Below are positions 7,446-15,333 of a stretch of 32,000 bases of DNA, in pieces. Numbering within the stretch: the stretch's first letter is position 1; every line of letters begins with the position of its first letter. The notes beneath the pieces were generated by a model, which did not search any database, was not told the origin of the DNA, and saw only the letters and a program-made list of their open reading frames with translations. The stretch is taken from the NCBI RefSeq assembly GCF_000011805.1, contig NC_006842.1; one strand, written 5' to 3'. Source of the stretch: Aliivibrio fischeri ES114. Its GTDB lineage: Bacteria > Pseudomonadota > Gammaproteobacteria > Enterobacterales > Vibrionaceae. The position numbers and the translations under genes were made by a program.

Positions 7446-7517
7446 TGTATAGTTGTATAGTTGTATAGTTGTATAGTTGTATAGTTGTATAGTTGTATAG
7501 TTGTATAGTTGTATAGT
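7446..7517. repeat. tandem array, 9 perfect copies of TGTATAGT
   Basis: Direct count, ending immediately at the RHH gene stop codon (7518-7520). Confidence 0.97.
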
Positions 7518-7796
7518 TTACCCGTTATATTTATCAATGATATAATTTAATGCTTCTTCTACAAGTTCAGGTTTACTTTTTCCCTTCACTTTCTTTTGCT
7601 CATAAATTACAGCCTCAAATTGATCCCATATATCATCTTGAACATATACCCCTCGGGTTGTTCTAGTTAATGTTTTTTTCTGTATAACTTTAATCATTCT
7701 AGGTGCATCTGGATTTTCTGTTTGATCCTTATTTAAATTATCTACAGCACGGTCTTCTTCATCTTTCATCCAATTAAATCGAGAGTCATTTGCCAT
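7518..7796 (-). CDS. small RHH-like partition/centromere-binding protein (ParG/omega-like role)
   Basis: 92 aa; 'TRTTRGVYVQDDIWDQFEAVIYEQKKVKGKSKPELVEEALNYIID' reads as a ribbon-helix-helix. Overlaps and follows the ParA-like gene. Confidence 0.7.
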   Translation of the reverse strand: MANDSRFNWMKDEEDRAVDNLNKDQTENPDAPRMIKVIQKKTLTRTTRGVYVQDDIWDQFEAVIYEQKKVKGKSKPELVEEALNYIIDKYNG

Positions 7797-8371
7797 TATT
7801 TTACCTCTACTAAAATATGATTCATTACTTGTAAAAATTCACGACGGCGAGATTTTATCTTATAAGCTCTATTTAACGCATCATCAAAAATAGTTCTATA
7901 TTCCGTTGCTGCACGTCCAAATACACCACTAGATGGAATAACAAACGCACCACGATCTTTCATTGCCTCAGTCACTTCTATTTCATCTTTTCTATGATGA
8001 TTAACATCAGTCACAATTGTCAGAATTTTTCTATCTAATTTTGAAGCTCTTTTATAAGCATCAATATAAGTAGCATACTGATCTCGTGCTGGTTTAAAAG
8101 GCATAACTAAATACCCCCCCTCAGGAACCTCCCAATCGGCTGCTTGATGATCAAAAATAATAATATCAGCATCAGGTTTAACTTTCGGTATTGAACTGAC
8201 AACATCAAATGGTAAATTACCACCTTTAAAATAAAGAGTTGATGTACCTTGTGGATCTTGACAAATAACTAATGGTTTTTTCCCTAATTCAACAGCAGCG
8301 GCAGCAAGGTTTATTGTTATCATAGATTTACCTTGCCCTCCTTTAGGATTCCAAACGTCAATAATTTTCAT
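7796..8371 (-). CDS. parA: ParA/ParF-like partition ATPase
   Basis: Deviant Walker A 'NPKGGQGKSMITINLAAAAVELGKKPLVICQDPQG' with Walker B 'ADIIIFDHQAA'. Confidence 0.9.
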   Translation of the reverse strand: MKIIDVWNPKGGQGKSMITINLAAAAVELGKKPLVICQDPQGTSTLYFKGGNLPFDVVSSIPKVKPDADIIIFDHQAADWEVPEGGYLVMPFKPARDQYATYIDAYKRASKLDRKILTIVTDVNHHRKDEIEVTEAMKDRGAFVIPSSGVFGRAATEYRTIFDDALNRAYKIKSRRREFLQVMNHILVEVK

Positions 8372-8391
8372 TTATAACCTCACTCTATAGT

Positions 8392-8623
8392 TGTATAGCT
8401 GTATAGCTGTATAGCTGTATAGCTGTATAGCTGTATAGCTGTATAGCTGTATAGCTGTATAGCTGTATAGCTGTATAGCTGTATAGCTGTATAGCTGTAT
8501 AGCTGTATAGCTGTATAGCTGTATAGCTGTATAGCTGTATAGCTGTATAGCTGTATAGCTGTATAGCTGTATAGCTGTATAGCTGTATAGCTGTATAGCT
8601 GTATAGCTGTATAGCTGTATAGT
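8392..8623. repeat. tandem array: 28 perfect TGTATAGC units then one TGTATAGT (candidate parS/operator)
   Basis: Direct count, 8-bp period, immediately upstream of parA. Followed by palindrome CTGTATAGT-ATCATA-ACTATACAG (8615-8638). Confidence 0.97.
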
Positions 8624-8703
8624 ATCATAACTATACAGTTATACAACCGTATAGTTGTACAGTTTAAATATAAATTACACAGTTTGTTTTAATGTGCACC
8701 TTT

Positions 8704-8788
8704 AATGCACTACCTAGAATTAGTGCATTAAATGCTAAAAATAAATGTATAATGCACCAAAATAACAACACCAATGTATAGTGCACTA
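8704..8788. promoter_or_regulatory. candidate res site/resolvase operator
   Basis: AATGCACTA-CCTAGAAT-TAGTGCATT (8704-8729), plus direct repeats AATGTATAATGCAC (8744-8757) and AATGTATAGTGCAC (8773-8786) overlapping the recombinase start. Confidence 0.55.
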
Positions 8789-9421
8789 TTGAATGCTGAT
8801 ATACGTATTTATGGGTACCTACGTGCCTCAACCGATGAGCAAGATGCATCGAGAGCAAAAAATGAGCTGATGTTGTTCGCGGAACAAATGGGATTTCAAG
8901 TTGCTTGCTGGTTTGAAGAAAATGAATCTGGAGCCCAACTTAAGCGGCCAGAGTTATTTCGTTTGCTTGATATTGCAATATCTGGAGATGTGATCCTGGT
9001 AGAACAAGTAGACAGGATAAGCCGGCTCAATACCCAAGATTGGGAAAAATTAAAGTTGATGATCAATAAGAAAGGGTTAAAAGTCGTTTCTCTTGATTTA
9101 CCGACCAGTTATCAGTTTATGAGTAACACAGATGACTTCACAGAACGAATGCTTTCGGCTCTCAACGGAATGATGCTCGATATGTTGGCCGCAGTAGCAA
9201 GAAAGGATTATGAAGATAGACGTCGGCGTCAAGCTCAAGGTGTTCAACGAGCAAAATTAGAAGGTAAATATAAAGGACGTCCAATTAACACGAAGCTGCA
9301 CAATAAAATAGAAGGATTACTAAGAGAAAATAAGAGCTATAGCCAAATTGAAAATCTACTTGGTTGCTCTAGACACACGATTTCGAAGGTGTCAAAGTTA
9401 ATAAAAAGTTCCATTGGTTAA
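8774..9421 (+). CDS. serine recombinase / resolvase-invertase family
   Basis: 'IYGYLRASTDEQDASRAKNELMLFAEQMGF', 'GDVILVEQVDRISRL', C-terminal 'YKGRP...SYSQIENLLGCSRHTISKV'. Start may be downstream (e.g. TTG 8789). Confidence 0.92.
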   Translation: MYSALLNADIRIYGYLRASTDEQDASRAKNELMLFAEQMGFQVACWFEENESGAQLKRPELFRLLDIAISGDVILVEQVDRISRLNTQDWEKLKLMINKKGLKVVSLDLPTSYQFMSNTDDFTERMLSALNGMMLDMLAAVARKDYEDRRRRQAQGVQRAKLEGKYKGRPINTKLHNKIEGLLRENKSYSQIENLLGCSRHTISKVSKLIKSSIG

Positions 9422-9482
9422 CAAACTCCATAGCGTTACCTTGTAACGCTATTTGTTAATTTAGCTCATTTTCTTTTCATTC

Positions 9483-9713
9483 TCACACATAAAGCCATTC
9501 TTCTGCATCATTAAACATGTCTTCAATCAACTTATTGGCCGTTTCTTTATCATTTTTAGGGGCATAGATTTCTAAATGATTATTGGTGCCTTTTCTGATC
9601 CTAATACGTGCGTCAGGATAACGCTGCCACACACGACGTTCCATTTCTTGTTGAATTAGCATTGCCCCATTTGTTGGGAGTAAAGCGGAATTTAATATCA
9701 TTTCAATACGCAT
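9483..9713 (-). CDS. dinI: DinI-like family protein
   Basis: MRIEMILN...LPTNGAMLIQQEMERRVWQRYPDARIRIRKGTNNHLEIYAPKNDKETANKLIEDMFNDAEEWLYV matches the DinI layout (MRIE...; ..R.A.NN.l.i.....dk..i..iL.e....addWl). Confidence 0.85.
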   Translation of the reverse strand: MRIEMILNSALLPTNGAMLIQQEMERRVWQRYPDARIRIRKGTNNHLEIYAPKNDKETANKLIEDMFNDAEEWLYV

Positions 9714-9730
9714 AATAGCCTCATTAGCAA

Positions 9731-9746
9731 CTGTATATTTAAACAG
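9731..9746. promoter_or_regulatory. LexA (SOS) box upstream of dinI-like gene
   Basis: CTGT-ATATTTAA-ACAG, an exact CTGT-N8-ACAG match 18 nt from the start codon. Confidence 0.8.
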
Positions 9747-9799
9747 TGTTTATTTTTATACGGTTCGTTACGAAAGTAAATATTTATCGATGCTCTTTC

Positions 9800-9840
9800 A
9801 TTTAAAAATGTGTTTTAACGCGTTAAAACCGTTTTTAAAT
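9800..9840. other. 41-bp near-perfect palindrome with perfect 18-bp core
   Basis: ATTTAAAAAtgtGTTTTAACGCGTTAAAACcgTTTTTAAAT. Confidence 0.85.
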
Positions 9841-10123
9841 ACAAAGCGATGCACAGAAAGAGAGCTAAAATGGTCATGACTCGATGATGTAATAGGTAAG
9901 TAGGCCAGAGTCACCCACTACCACAACATTGCTTGTAAGCGCATAGGGAAAGAAATACCCCCTAATTAAAAGTAGCCTCAACCCTCGCCCTGCTAGAATG
10001 CTCTTAAGTGCGTTGGTTTATCAGAGTGTGAGTGAGTTTCCTGTCGGATGACAAAAGAAAGATCCAGCGCAGCCAGTAGGGTGATGCTCTGTTTATATGT
10101 GTTGAAATAGAACTGGCTGGGGG

Positions 10124-10183
10124 CCCGTTAATTTTCTTCTTATAATTTATTTGTGTATGAGGAGTTTATTGAAAATTAATGGG
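10124..10183. other. 60-bp element bounded by 13-bp inverted repeats
   Basis: CCCGTTAATTTTC (10124-10136) and GAAAATTAATGGG (10171-10183), 12/13 complementary. Confidence 0.7.
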
Positions 10184-10342
10184 AGGTATTTTTATGCTTT
10201 TGCTCTTTGGTTTCTATTAAATATTTATTTAATTATTTATATAAATACTAAGTACTAATACGTAAGTACTCATAAGTGCAGCACTCTATTCGTTGCCTTT
10301 TTTAGGCTTTTTTTTAAAGATATTTTCTTGCACTACTTTTTA

Positions 10343-10351
10343 TGTGGATAA
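10343..10351 (-). promoter_or_regulatory. DnaA box in candidate oriV downstream of rep
   Basis: TGTGGATAA, exact reverse complement of TTATCCACA, ~155 bp beyond the rep stop in AT-rich DNA. Confidence 0.6.
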
Positions 10352-10504
10352 CAAAAATGAACTATCGAAAGATAAAAACCAACAAAAAATAACAAGGATC
10401 ATGCAAAAATGATGGGGGATAGAAAGCGATTATTCGCTAAAATGGTATAAACTCAAATTTTAGATGTGCGAATGCCTCCGCTTTCGCGGATACGTTAAAA
10501 AACT

Positions 10505-11332
10505 CTAATGAGGTGCAAGTTGTGGTAAGTAAGCTTCAAACACCGTAGTGACGCTCTGAGCTACGTTATTCAATTTATCGGCGTTAAATACGTCCTGAAC
10601 ACCAGACGCTAACGTTCTAAATGACATCCAAGAAAAACGTAACCCCTTTTGCTCTTGACGCTTACGAGACGCAATGATCAGCTCACAAATATTACTGTAG
10701 CGAACCACTTTTAAATCACTAAAGAAACGCTCTGAAAATTGTTTATAAGCTGGTGCGCTACGAACCGTACCTTCTTTCATATCGACGCAAACATTGACAC
10801 GCTCACTATGAAGATAACCGGCGCGTTTTAGATAGGAGATAGCTTTAGCAAACGACTTAGGTGAAATATAACGCCCAAAACGTAATGCATAATCTTCTTG
10901 CAGATGATCGTAACTTATCGGTTTTAAACCTGCTTCAGTAGGTAAACCAATGCGGCCACCAATTAGATCCGTATTCACAATGATACAAGCAAGCACGTTC
11001 GCAATAAGTCTTCGGCATTGAATATTATTCACTCCTTCACCGCCCCAGGCATTCAGTGCTGGGAAACGGTTTGGGTTATCTATAAATTCTTCACACGATT
11101 TTAAAATACGCGCGTATTCAGGCGGTAAGGTTTCCCATTTACCACTGCGCAACAAGCGACGAGAGCGAAAATCGAATTTAAAAGGACTCTTAGGCTTCTT
11201 TTTGTTTTCATCAGCAACAACAGAGCGATGAAGTTCAATCAGCTCATGCTTACGATTTTTACGTTTAGCACGATATTCAGCATCATATTGCTTTTTAATG
11301 TGAAGTTTAGAGAGAAGATCAGAATGCTTCAT
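10505..11332 (-). CDS. repA: candidate plasmid replication initiation protein (RepA-like)
   Basis: 275 aa, basic; context fits a RepA (structured leader, overlapping leader ORF, downstream DnaA box). Family call by eye only. Start at MKHSDLL overlaps the leader ORF. Confidence 0.6.
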   Translation of the reverse strand: MKHSDLLSKLHIKKQYDAEYRAKRKNRKHELIELHRSVVADENKKKPKSPFKFDFRSRRLLRSGKWETLPPEYARILKSCEEFIDNPNRFPALNAWGGEGVNNIQCRRLIANVLACIIVNTDLIGGRIGLPTEAGLKPISYDHLQEDYALRFGRYISPKSFAKAISYLKRAGYLHSERVNVCVDMKEGTVRSAPAYKQFSERFFSDLKVVRYSNICELIIASRKRQEQKGLRFSWMSFRTLASGVQDVFNADKLNNVAQSVTTVFEAYLPQLAPH

Positions 11333-11426
11333 AAGACACATCCTCATCATAATGGTATAAAGCATAAGCTAAATCATTACGTTGACAGAGATTGCATCTT
11401 GATATTACAAAGAGGGATAAATTCAT
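11319..11426 (-). CDS. 35-aa rep leader ORF overlapping the repA start
   Basis: MNLSLFVISRCNLCQRNDLAYALYHYDEDVSYEAF*; its TGA at 11319-11321 lies 11 nt inside the repA start, so the ORFs overlap in different frames. Confidence 0.45.
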   Translation of the reverse strand: MNLSLFVISRCNLCQRNDLAYALYHYDEDVSYEAF

Positions 11427-11550
11427 TTTAAGATTCTCGACAGTTATAATGAGGCTTGGGTGCGAAACCAAACACAGACACTTAATTTATAACAAAAGAT
11501 CTCAAAGATCAACCGATTGTTATTTCAACAAATTTCAGATACAAAAAAAG

Positions 11551-11606
11551 CTGACCCTGTCGAGGAAATCAGCTTTTTCTGCGAATGCTATTCGATCAGA
11601 TTCGCG
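11551..11606. terminator. terminator-like hairpin plus adjacent hairpin in the rep leader region
   Basis: AAAAAGCTGA...TCAGCTTTTT (U-tract on both strands), then GCGAAT...ATTCGC. Confidence 0.6.
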
Positions 11607-11620
11607 GTCTGACACATTCT

Positions 11621-11691
11621 AATTCTGAAACATACACTACATAGAAAACTATGTAGTAGCGTGCTATGTAATGCACGTTTATATCAGAATT
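11621..11691. other. three-way-junction-like fold upstream of rep
   Basis: Outer stem AATTCTGA (11621-11628)/TCAGAATT (11684-11691) encloses ACTACATAG-AAAA-CTATGTAGT (11636-11657) and CGTGC-TATGTAAT-GCACG (11660-11677). Confidence 0.6.
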
Positions 11692-11730
11692 GATGTTATA
11701 TTAATATTATCTTTTAAAATATTCAAGTCA

Positions 11731-11754
11731 AGTTTTCTTTATAAACATAAAGAA
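11731..11754. promoter_or_regulatory. candidate operator at repressor 3' end/rep upstream region
   Basis: AGTTTTCTTTAT-AAAC-ATAAAGAA; the 12-mer recurs exactly at 12431-12442 and inverted at 12406-12417. Confidence 0.6.
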
Positions 11755-12350
11755 GAATACCATATCACTTTACCTAAAATTTCAACATCTTGGTAATCTT
11801 CATATATTTCATCATGATAGCTCTGATTATAACTTTTAAGTTTTAACCCATTATTATCTAAAGATATTAATTTAACTCGTATTAAGTCTCCTTGTCGGAT
11901 GACATACATTGATCCATCTCGAATTTGTTTTTTAGATGAATCAATAACAAGTAAAGCATCATCATTTAAGACAGGTTCCATACTGTCTCCATGAGCTGTA
12001 ATTGCTAACAAATCCTTTACATTAAAATATTTAAATAATGCTTTTGGCAAAGATATATAAGTTACATTTTTACATTCACACAGAAAACCATGACCAGCAG
12101 ATGCTTTAACTTGCTCATAAAATGGAATATCAACATATTCACAAATGTCATCTTCAGTTCCAACTAACCATTGAACTGTACAATTCAATACCTCAGCTAA
12201 TCTAACTAAATGTTCTCCTTTTGGGGTTGTCTCTTCTCTTTCCCATTGAGAAATGGCCGACGTAGTTACATTAACTAAATCAGCTAATTTACGTTGGCTA
12301 TACCTTAGAGCCTTTCTTTTTTCTTTTAATCTAATTGATATTTCTTTCAT
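11739..12350 (-). CDS. XRE-family repressor with C-terminal S24 (LexA/CI-like) peptidase domain
   Basis: N-terminal HTH 'RYSQRKLADLVNVTTSAISQWEREETTP'; possible cleavage region 'KASAGHG'; S24 serine motif 'THGDSMEP'-like 'AHGDSMEPVLNDDALLVID'; later 'DLIRVKLI'. Confidence 0.92.
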   Translation of the reverse strand: MKEISIRLKEKRKALRYSQRKLADLVNVTTSAISQWEREETTPKGEHLVRLAEVLNCTVQWLVGTEDDICEYVDIPFYEQVKASAGHGFLCECKNVTYISLPKALFKYFNVKDLLAITAHGDSMEPVLNDDALLVIDSSKKQIRDGSMYVIRQGDLIRVKLISLDNNGLKLKSYNQSYHDEIYEDYQDVEILGKVIWYSSLCL

Positions 12351-12405
12351 TTTATTATTTTAACTTTAATCAAAGTAAATAATCCTGTGTATTTTTCAAA
12401 CAAAC

Positions 12406-12442
12406 ATAAAGAAAACTTTACTTGAATTATAGTTTTCTTTAT
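12406..12442. promoter_or_regulatory. candidate operator in the repressor/RHH divergent region
   Basis: ATAAAGAAAACT-N13-AGTTTTCTTTAT, perfect 12-bp inverted repeats. Confidence 0.75.
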
Positions 12443-12499
12443 ATTGTAGCAAATAATCATCCATACAGCCTTTAAAGGCTAAAACCATAAGGTTATTGA

Positions 12500-12679
12500 A
12501 TGAGAAAAAAGAAAGAAACCGTGGGGATTCATTTTCAAATGGACAAAATCACGAGTAACACGCTTGAAAAAGAAGCGCAAAAAACTGGACGTAGTAAACG
12601 ACAAGAAGCAGCCATTAGACTTGCTGATCATGTCGCCCGTTTTAGTGCTCTTAATGAATTTGAGTACATAGAAAAATAA
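12500..12679 (+). CDS. small RHH-like protein, possible relaxosome accessory (TraY/MobC-like role)
   Basis: MRKKKETVGIHFQMDKITSNTLEKEAQKTGRSKRQEAAIRLADHVARFSALNEFEYIEK*; beta strand plus 'EAQKTGRSKRQEAAIRLADHV' pattern. 59 aa, absent from the ORF track. Confidence 0.6.
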   Translation: MRKKKETVGIHFQMDKITSNTLEKEAQKTGRSKRQEAAIRLADHVARFSALNEFEYIEK

Positions 12680-12888
12680 TTTTTTTATCGTAATTAATCC
12701 CATATCGGGATGCTCTTTAAAAACTAGGGAACCTGTTCGCTGCTGTGCAGTTAAACACGCTATCGGTAAGCCACTTTTATGAGAAGTGTAAGACTTATTA
12801 GATCACTGAAAATGCGTTGAAAACAGCAGTAAGCCTATGGAAGTGCCTGCCGTGTGAATATCCACGTTCAGAGCGCCATAGCATTTTA

Positions 12889-12926
12889 TTAGGCAAGCTC
12901 ACTTGCATAAGCGAGCTTGCCTAATC
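12889..12926. other. perfect 13-bp inverted repeat with 12-nt loop (oriT-like arm or terminator)
   Basis: ATTAGGCAAGCTC-acttgcataagc-GAGCTTGCCTAAT. Confidence 0.85.
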
Positions 12927-12943
12927 ATCACGGATAAAAAGGA

Positions 12944-13159
12944 ATGGTTATGAGAATGACCCAAAATGAAATACGCGAAGCCGCACTTAATATTTCGCTC
13001 ATGCGTGAAGGCAATAAACCACGTACTGAACGTATCGATCGTGAAGCAAAACAACGCATCGATGACAAATGGTATCAATGGCAACTACGTAAAATTGAAG
13101 AAGGAGAATTAATATTATCGTCACCGCCTAATTACGGATTCACTCGACGATGCGAATAG
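12944..13159 (+). CDS. hypothetical small protein
   Basis: 71 aa, charged; start may be at a downstream Met. Confidence 0.45.
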   Translation: MVMRMTQNEIREAALNISLMREGNKPRTERIDREAKQRIDDKWYQWQLRKIEEGELILSSPPNYGFTRRCE

Positions 13160-13436
13160 CATCACATGACGAACTCACTCAAGGATAGGTACTTGGTTTT
13201 AGTGTGTGACAATCACTAAACAAAAATCCGTCTGTTAATGGTCAAACCATTCGTGAAGCCAACACGTAACAATACACATACTTAATTGGTTGGGTGTAAG
13301 TCTTGTAAACACATATCGGTGTTGTCTATTGGCAGTAGGCAGAAAAACAGCAAGCATCCCGCTCGAATATATACAGTATCCAAGTATCTATCTTTGAGTG
13401 AGTTTTCTTTTCTATCTATGAATAAGGTCGCACAAC

Positions 13437-13937
13437 ATGAAAAAAGGCATATTACTTTCGGCAATTACATTACTTTCATTCACTGCTCATGCTGAACTAA
13501 TCAACGTTTCTTATGATTTTTCAAATGAGCATCAATTTGAATACACAACGCTTTTACCTACCTCTCAGCCCTATACACTGTCCAAAATAAAAGAGAAAAA
13601 AGTCATCACTCAGTGGCTCCAAACTGAAGAAGGACATTTCAGCCCTCTCTATCAAACGGTAACAGAAGGGGTAAATGTAAAAATCATTGCAAAACCGACT
13701 AATAACAAAAAAACCACCTATCAATTCGATGTGCAATATTTTGCGCCGCCTACAATCACTCGCAAGGTTGATAGCTTAAGTGGATTCGAAGTGAGTGTGG
13801 TAACACAAAGTGTCACCGCATTCACTGAAACACCAACGTTTATCGAAAATAAACCAGTTTGTAATGACGAAAAGTTCTGTGTCACCTTGATATCTCAATA
13901 TCCTGACGAAGAAACAGAAAACAACACCATCTTCTAA
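13437..13937 (+). CDS. exported hypothetical protein at head of pilus operon
   Basis: Signal peptide MKKGILLSAITLLSFTAHA. Confidence 0.65.
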   Translation: MKKGILLSAITLLSFTAHAELINVSYDFSNEHQFEYTTLLPTSQPYTLSKIKEKKVITQWLQTEEGHFSPLYQTVTEGVNVKIIAKPTNNKKTTYQFDVQYFAPPTITRKVDSLSGFEVSVVTQSVTAFTETPTFIENKPVCNDEKFCVTLISQYPDEETENNTIF

Positions 13938-13946
13938 AGGCATAAT

Positions 13947-14213
13947 ATGACTATCCTCAAAGAAAATGAAATTGTGACCATTATCGATGCTGATTACGAT
14001 GGCTTTTTTAAAGTCATTTCTCCAAAAAACATCACTCAATCGTTAGTGAAAAGCAAAAAATTCATTTTAGTTGCACTGATTGAACCTATTGATATGGATA
14101 AATTCAAAGAGTTCTTGTTCAAACAAACGGGCATTGATGCCCGTGATGATCAAGAAAATGTCCACATATCCATTGAACCACACCGATTACAACTCGCAGA
14201 GTCCTTATCTTAA
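13947..14213 (+). CDS. hypothetical protein in pilus operon
   Basis: 88-aa ORF, tightly spaced. Confidence 0.55.
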   Translation: MTILKENEIVTIIDADYDGFFKVISPKNITQSLVKSKKFILVALIEPIDMDKFKEFLFKQTGIDARDDQENVHISIEPHRLQLAESLS

Positions 14214-14248
14214 GGGCTCTTTTTTTACATCCAAAAAAGGACATCATC

Positions 14249-14602
14249 ATGAAACGATGGTTATTAGCTTTAAGTATGGCTATGACTTTACAAGCCAACG
14301 CAGAAACAATGGCCGTTAATATAGACACATTACAAATGCCAGTTCGTACCATTTTCCCTGCCAATATCACCCATGTTGAGCAAGCCGTTACATGGCTTAT
14401 TGAACCCATTGGCTATCGTATTCTTACCGATTACCCTGCACCTGAAAGTGCAAAATTACTGTTAGATAGACCTATCCCGATGGCCGCAAAAATGCACCGT
14501 ACCATGCCATTAGTCGATGCTATCCAATTACTTATCGGGGAAGAAAACACCATCATCCTTGATAACGAACATCAACTTATTACGTTCTCACGAGGTAACT
14601 AA
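14249..14602 (+). CDS. PilL-like N-terminal domain protein
   Basis: Signal peptide plus 'VEQAVTWLIEPIGYRILTDYPAPESAKLLLDRPIP...MPLVDAIQLLIGE', PilL-like periplasmic domain; position 5' of the TcpQ/PilN genes. Confidence 0.6.
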   Translation: MKRWLLALSMAMTLQANAETMAVNIDTLQMPVRTIFPANITHVEQAVTWLIEPIGYRILTDYPAPESAKLLLDRPIPMAAKMHRTMPLVDAIQLLIGEENTIILDNEHQLITFSRGN

Positions 14603-15333
14603 TGCGTAAACAACATCTACTTGCTACGTCATTACTGGTGATATTGTCAGGCTGTGCTTCTGAGCCAGAATATCAGGGAGATGGCGAATATTTTGAATTA
14701 ACCAATCGCCACGTTATTGAACGTGATCTTTCGGTATTTCGCTCTACAACCGTCATTAATACCAGTAAAGCGGCTGTCGCTCCAATTACTCAACCAACCA
14801 ACGATTACTATGAAGCCACCATTAGTCAAGGGGAGGCGTATAACTCAGCCGTTAAACGTTGGTTAAAGGCAGAAGGATACAGCAATATCGCATGGTCACT
14901 CAGCGACAATAATCGAGCGATCCTCTCTTCACCATCCACAAGCGAATTAATCTTTTCAGGCAGTTTAAAACAAGCTCTTGTTGAATTATCAGAGCATTTG
15001 CACATGCCAATTAACCTTATCGTCGATGAAAAGGCAAAAGTGGCAGGTATTTATGATTTTAATGACGATGTGCGCATTACTCATGTTCAAGGCGATTCGT
15101 TACGCCAAGTAACCAAACATTTAATTGAAAACTACGGTTTACGTTGGAACGACACCGAAGACAGTGCACGCAGTTGGCTTGTTGATACTAACTACCAGTT
15201 CAGCGCAGATTATTACATCATCACTCAATACGATGACATCTCCACAGCATTAGAAACTGTGCTTGAGGGTTATCCCGTTTACTCCGAAATTCTTGAGTCC
15301 ACAGGACAAGTATTCATTCAAGAGGAATTATAA
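14602..15333 (+). CDS. TcpQ/PilL-C-like lipoprotein of type IVB pilus
   Basis: Lipobox LLVILSGCAS; 'AVKRWLKAEGYSNIAWSL...SLKQALVELSEHLHMP' TcpQ-like. Confidence 0.65.
   Translation: MRKQHLLATSLLVILSGCASEPEYQGDGEYFELTNRHVIERDLSVFRSTTVINTSKAAVAPITQPTNDYYEATISQGEAYNSAVKRWLKAEGYSNIAWSLSDNNRAILSSPSTSELIFSGSLKQALVELSEHLHMPINLIVDEKAKVAGIYDFNDDVRITHVQGDSLRQVTKHLIENYGLRWNDTEDSARSWLVDTNYQFSADYYIITQYDDISTALETVLEGYPVYSEILESTGQVFIQEEL

Noticed and set aside
8392-8623. Possible CRISPR array
   Set aside because: 8-bp unit with no spacers and no cas genes; a simple tandem array.
8380-8646. 88-aa ORF (YSYTAIQLYSYTAIQL...)
   Set aside because: Pure translation of the 8-bp tandem array; open in this frame only because the unit lacks stops.
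11392-11622. 76-aa plus-strand ORF across the rep leader
   Set aside because: Spans several hairpins and a terminator; composition not protein-like. An antisense RNA explains the region better.
12479-12703. 74-aa minus-strand ORF
   Set aside because: Antisense to the better-supported 59-aa RHH gene (12500-12679).
12899-13084. 61-aa minus-strand ORF
   Set aside because: Overlaps the 13-bp inverted repeat and lies antisense to ORF 12944-13159; no recognisable features.
13163-13195. Possible third copy of the leader motif (GAACTCACTCAAGGATAGG vs GAAAACTCACTTAACCATAGG)
   Set aside because: Similarity is short and not accompanied by the ATGACTCAT core or an inverted partner.
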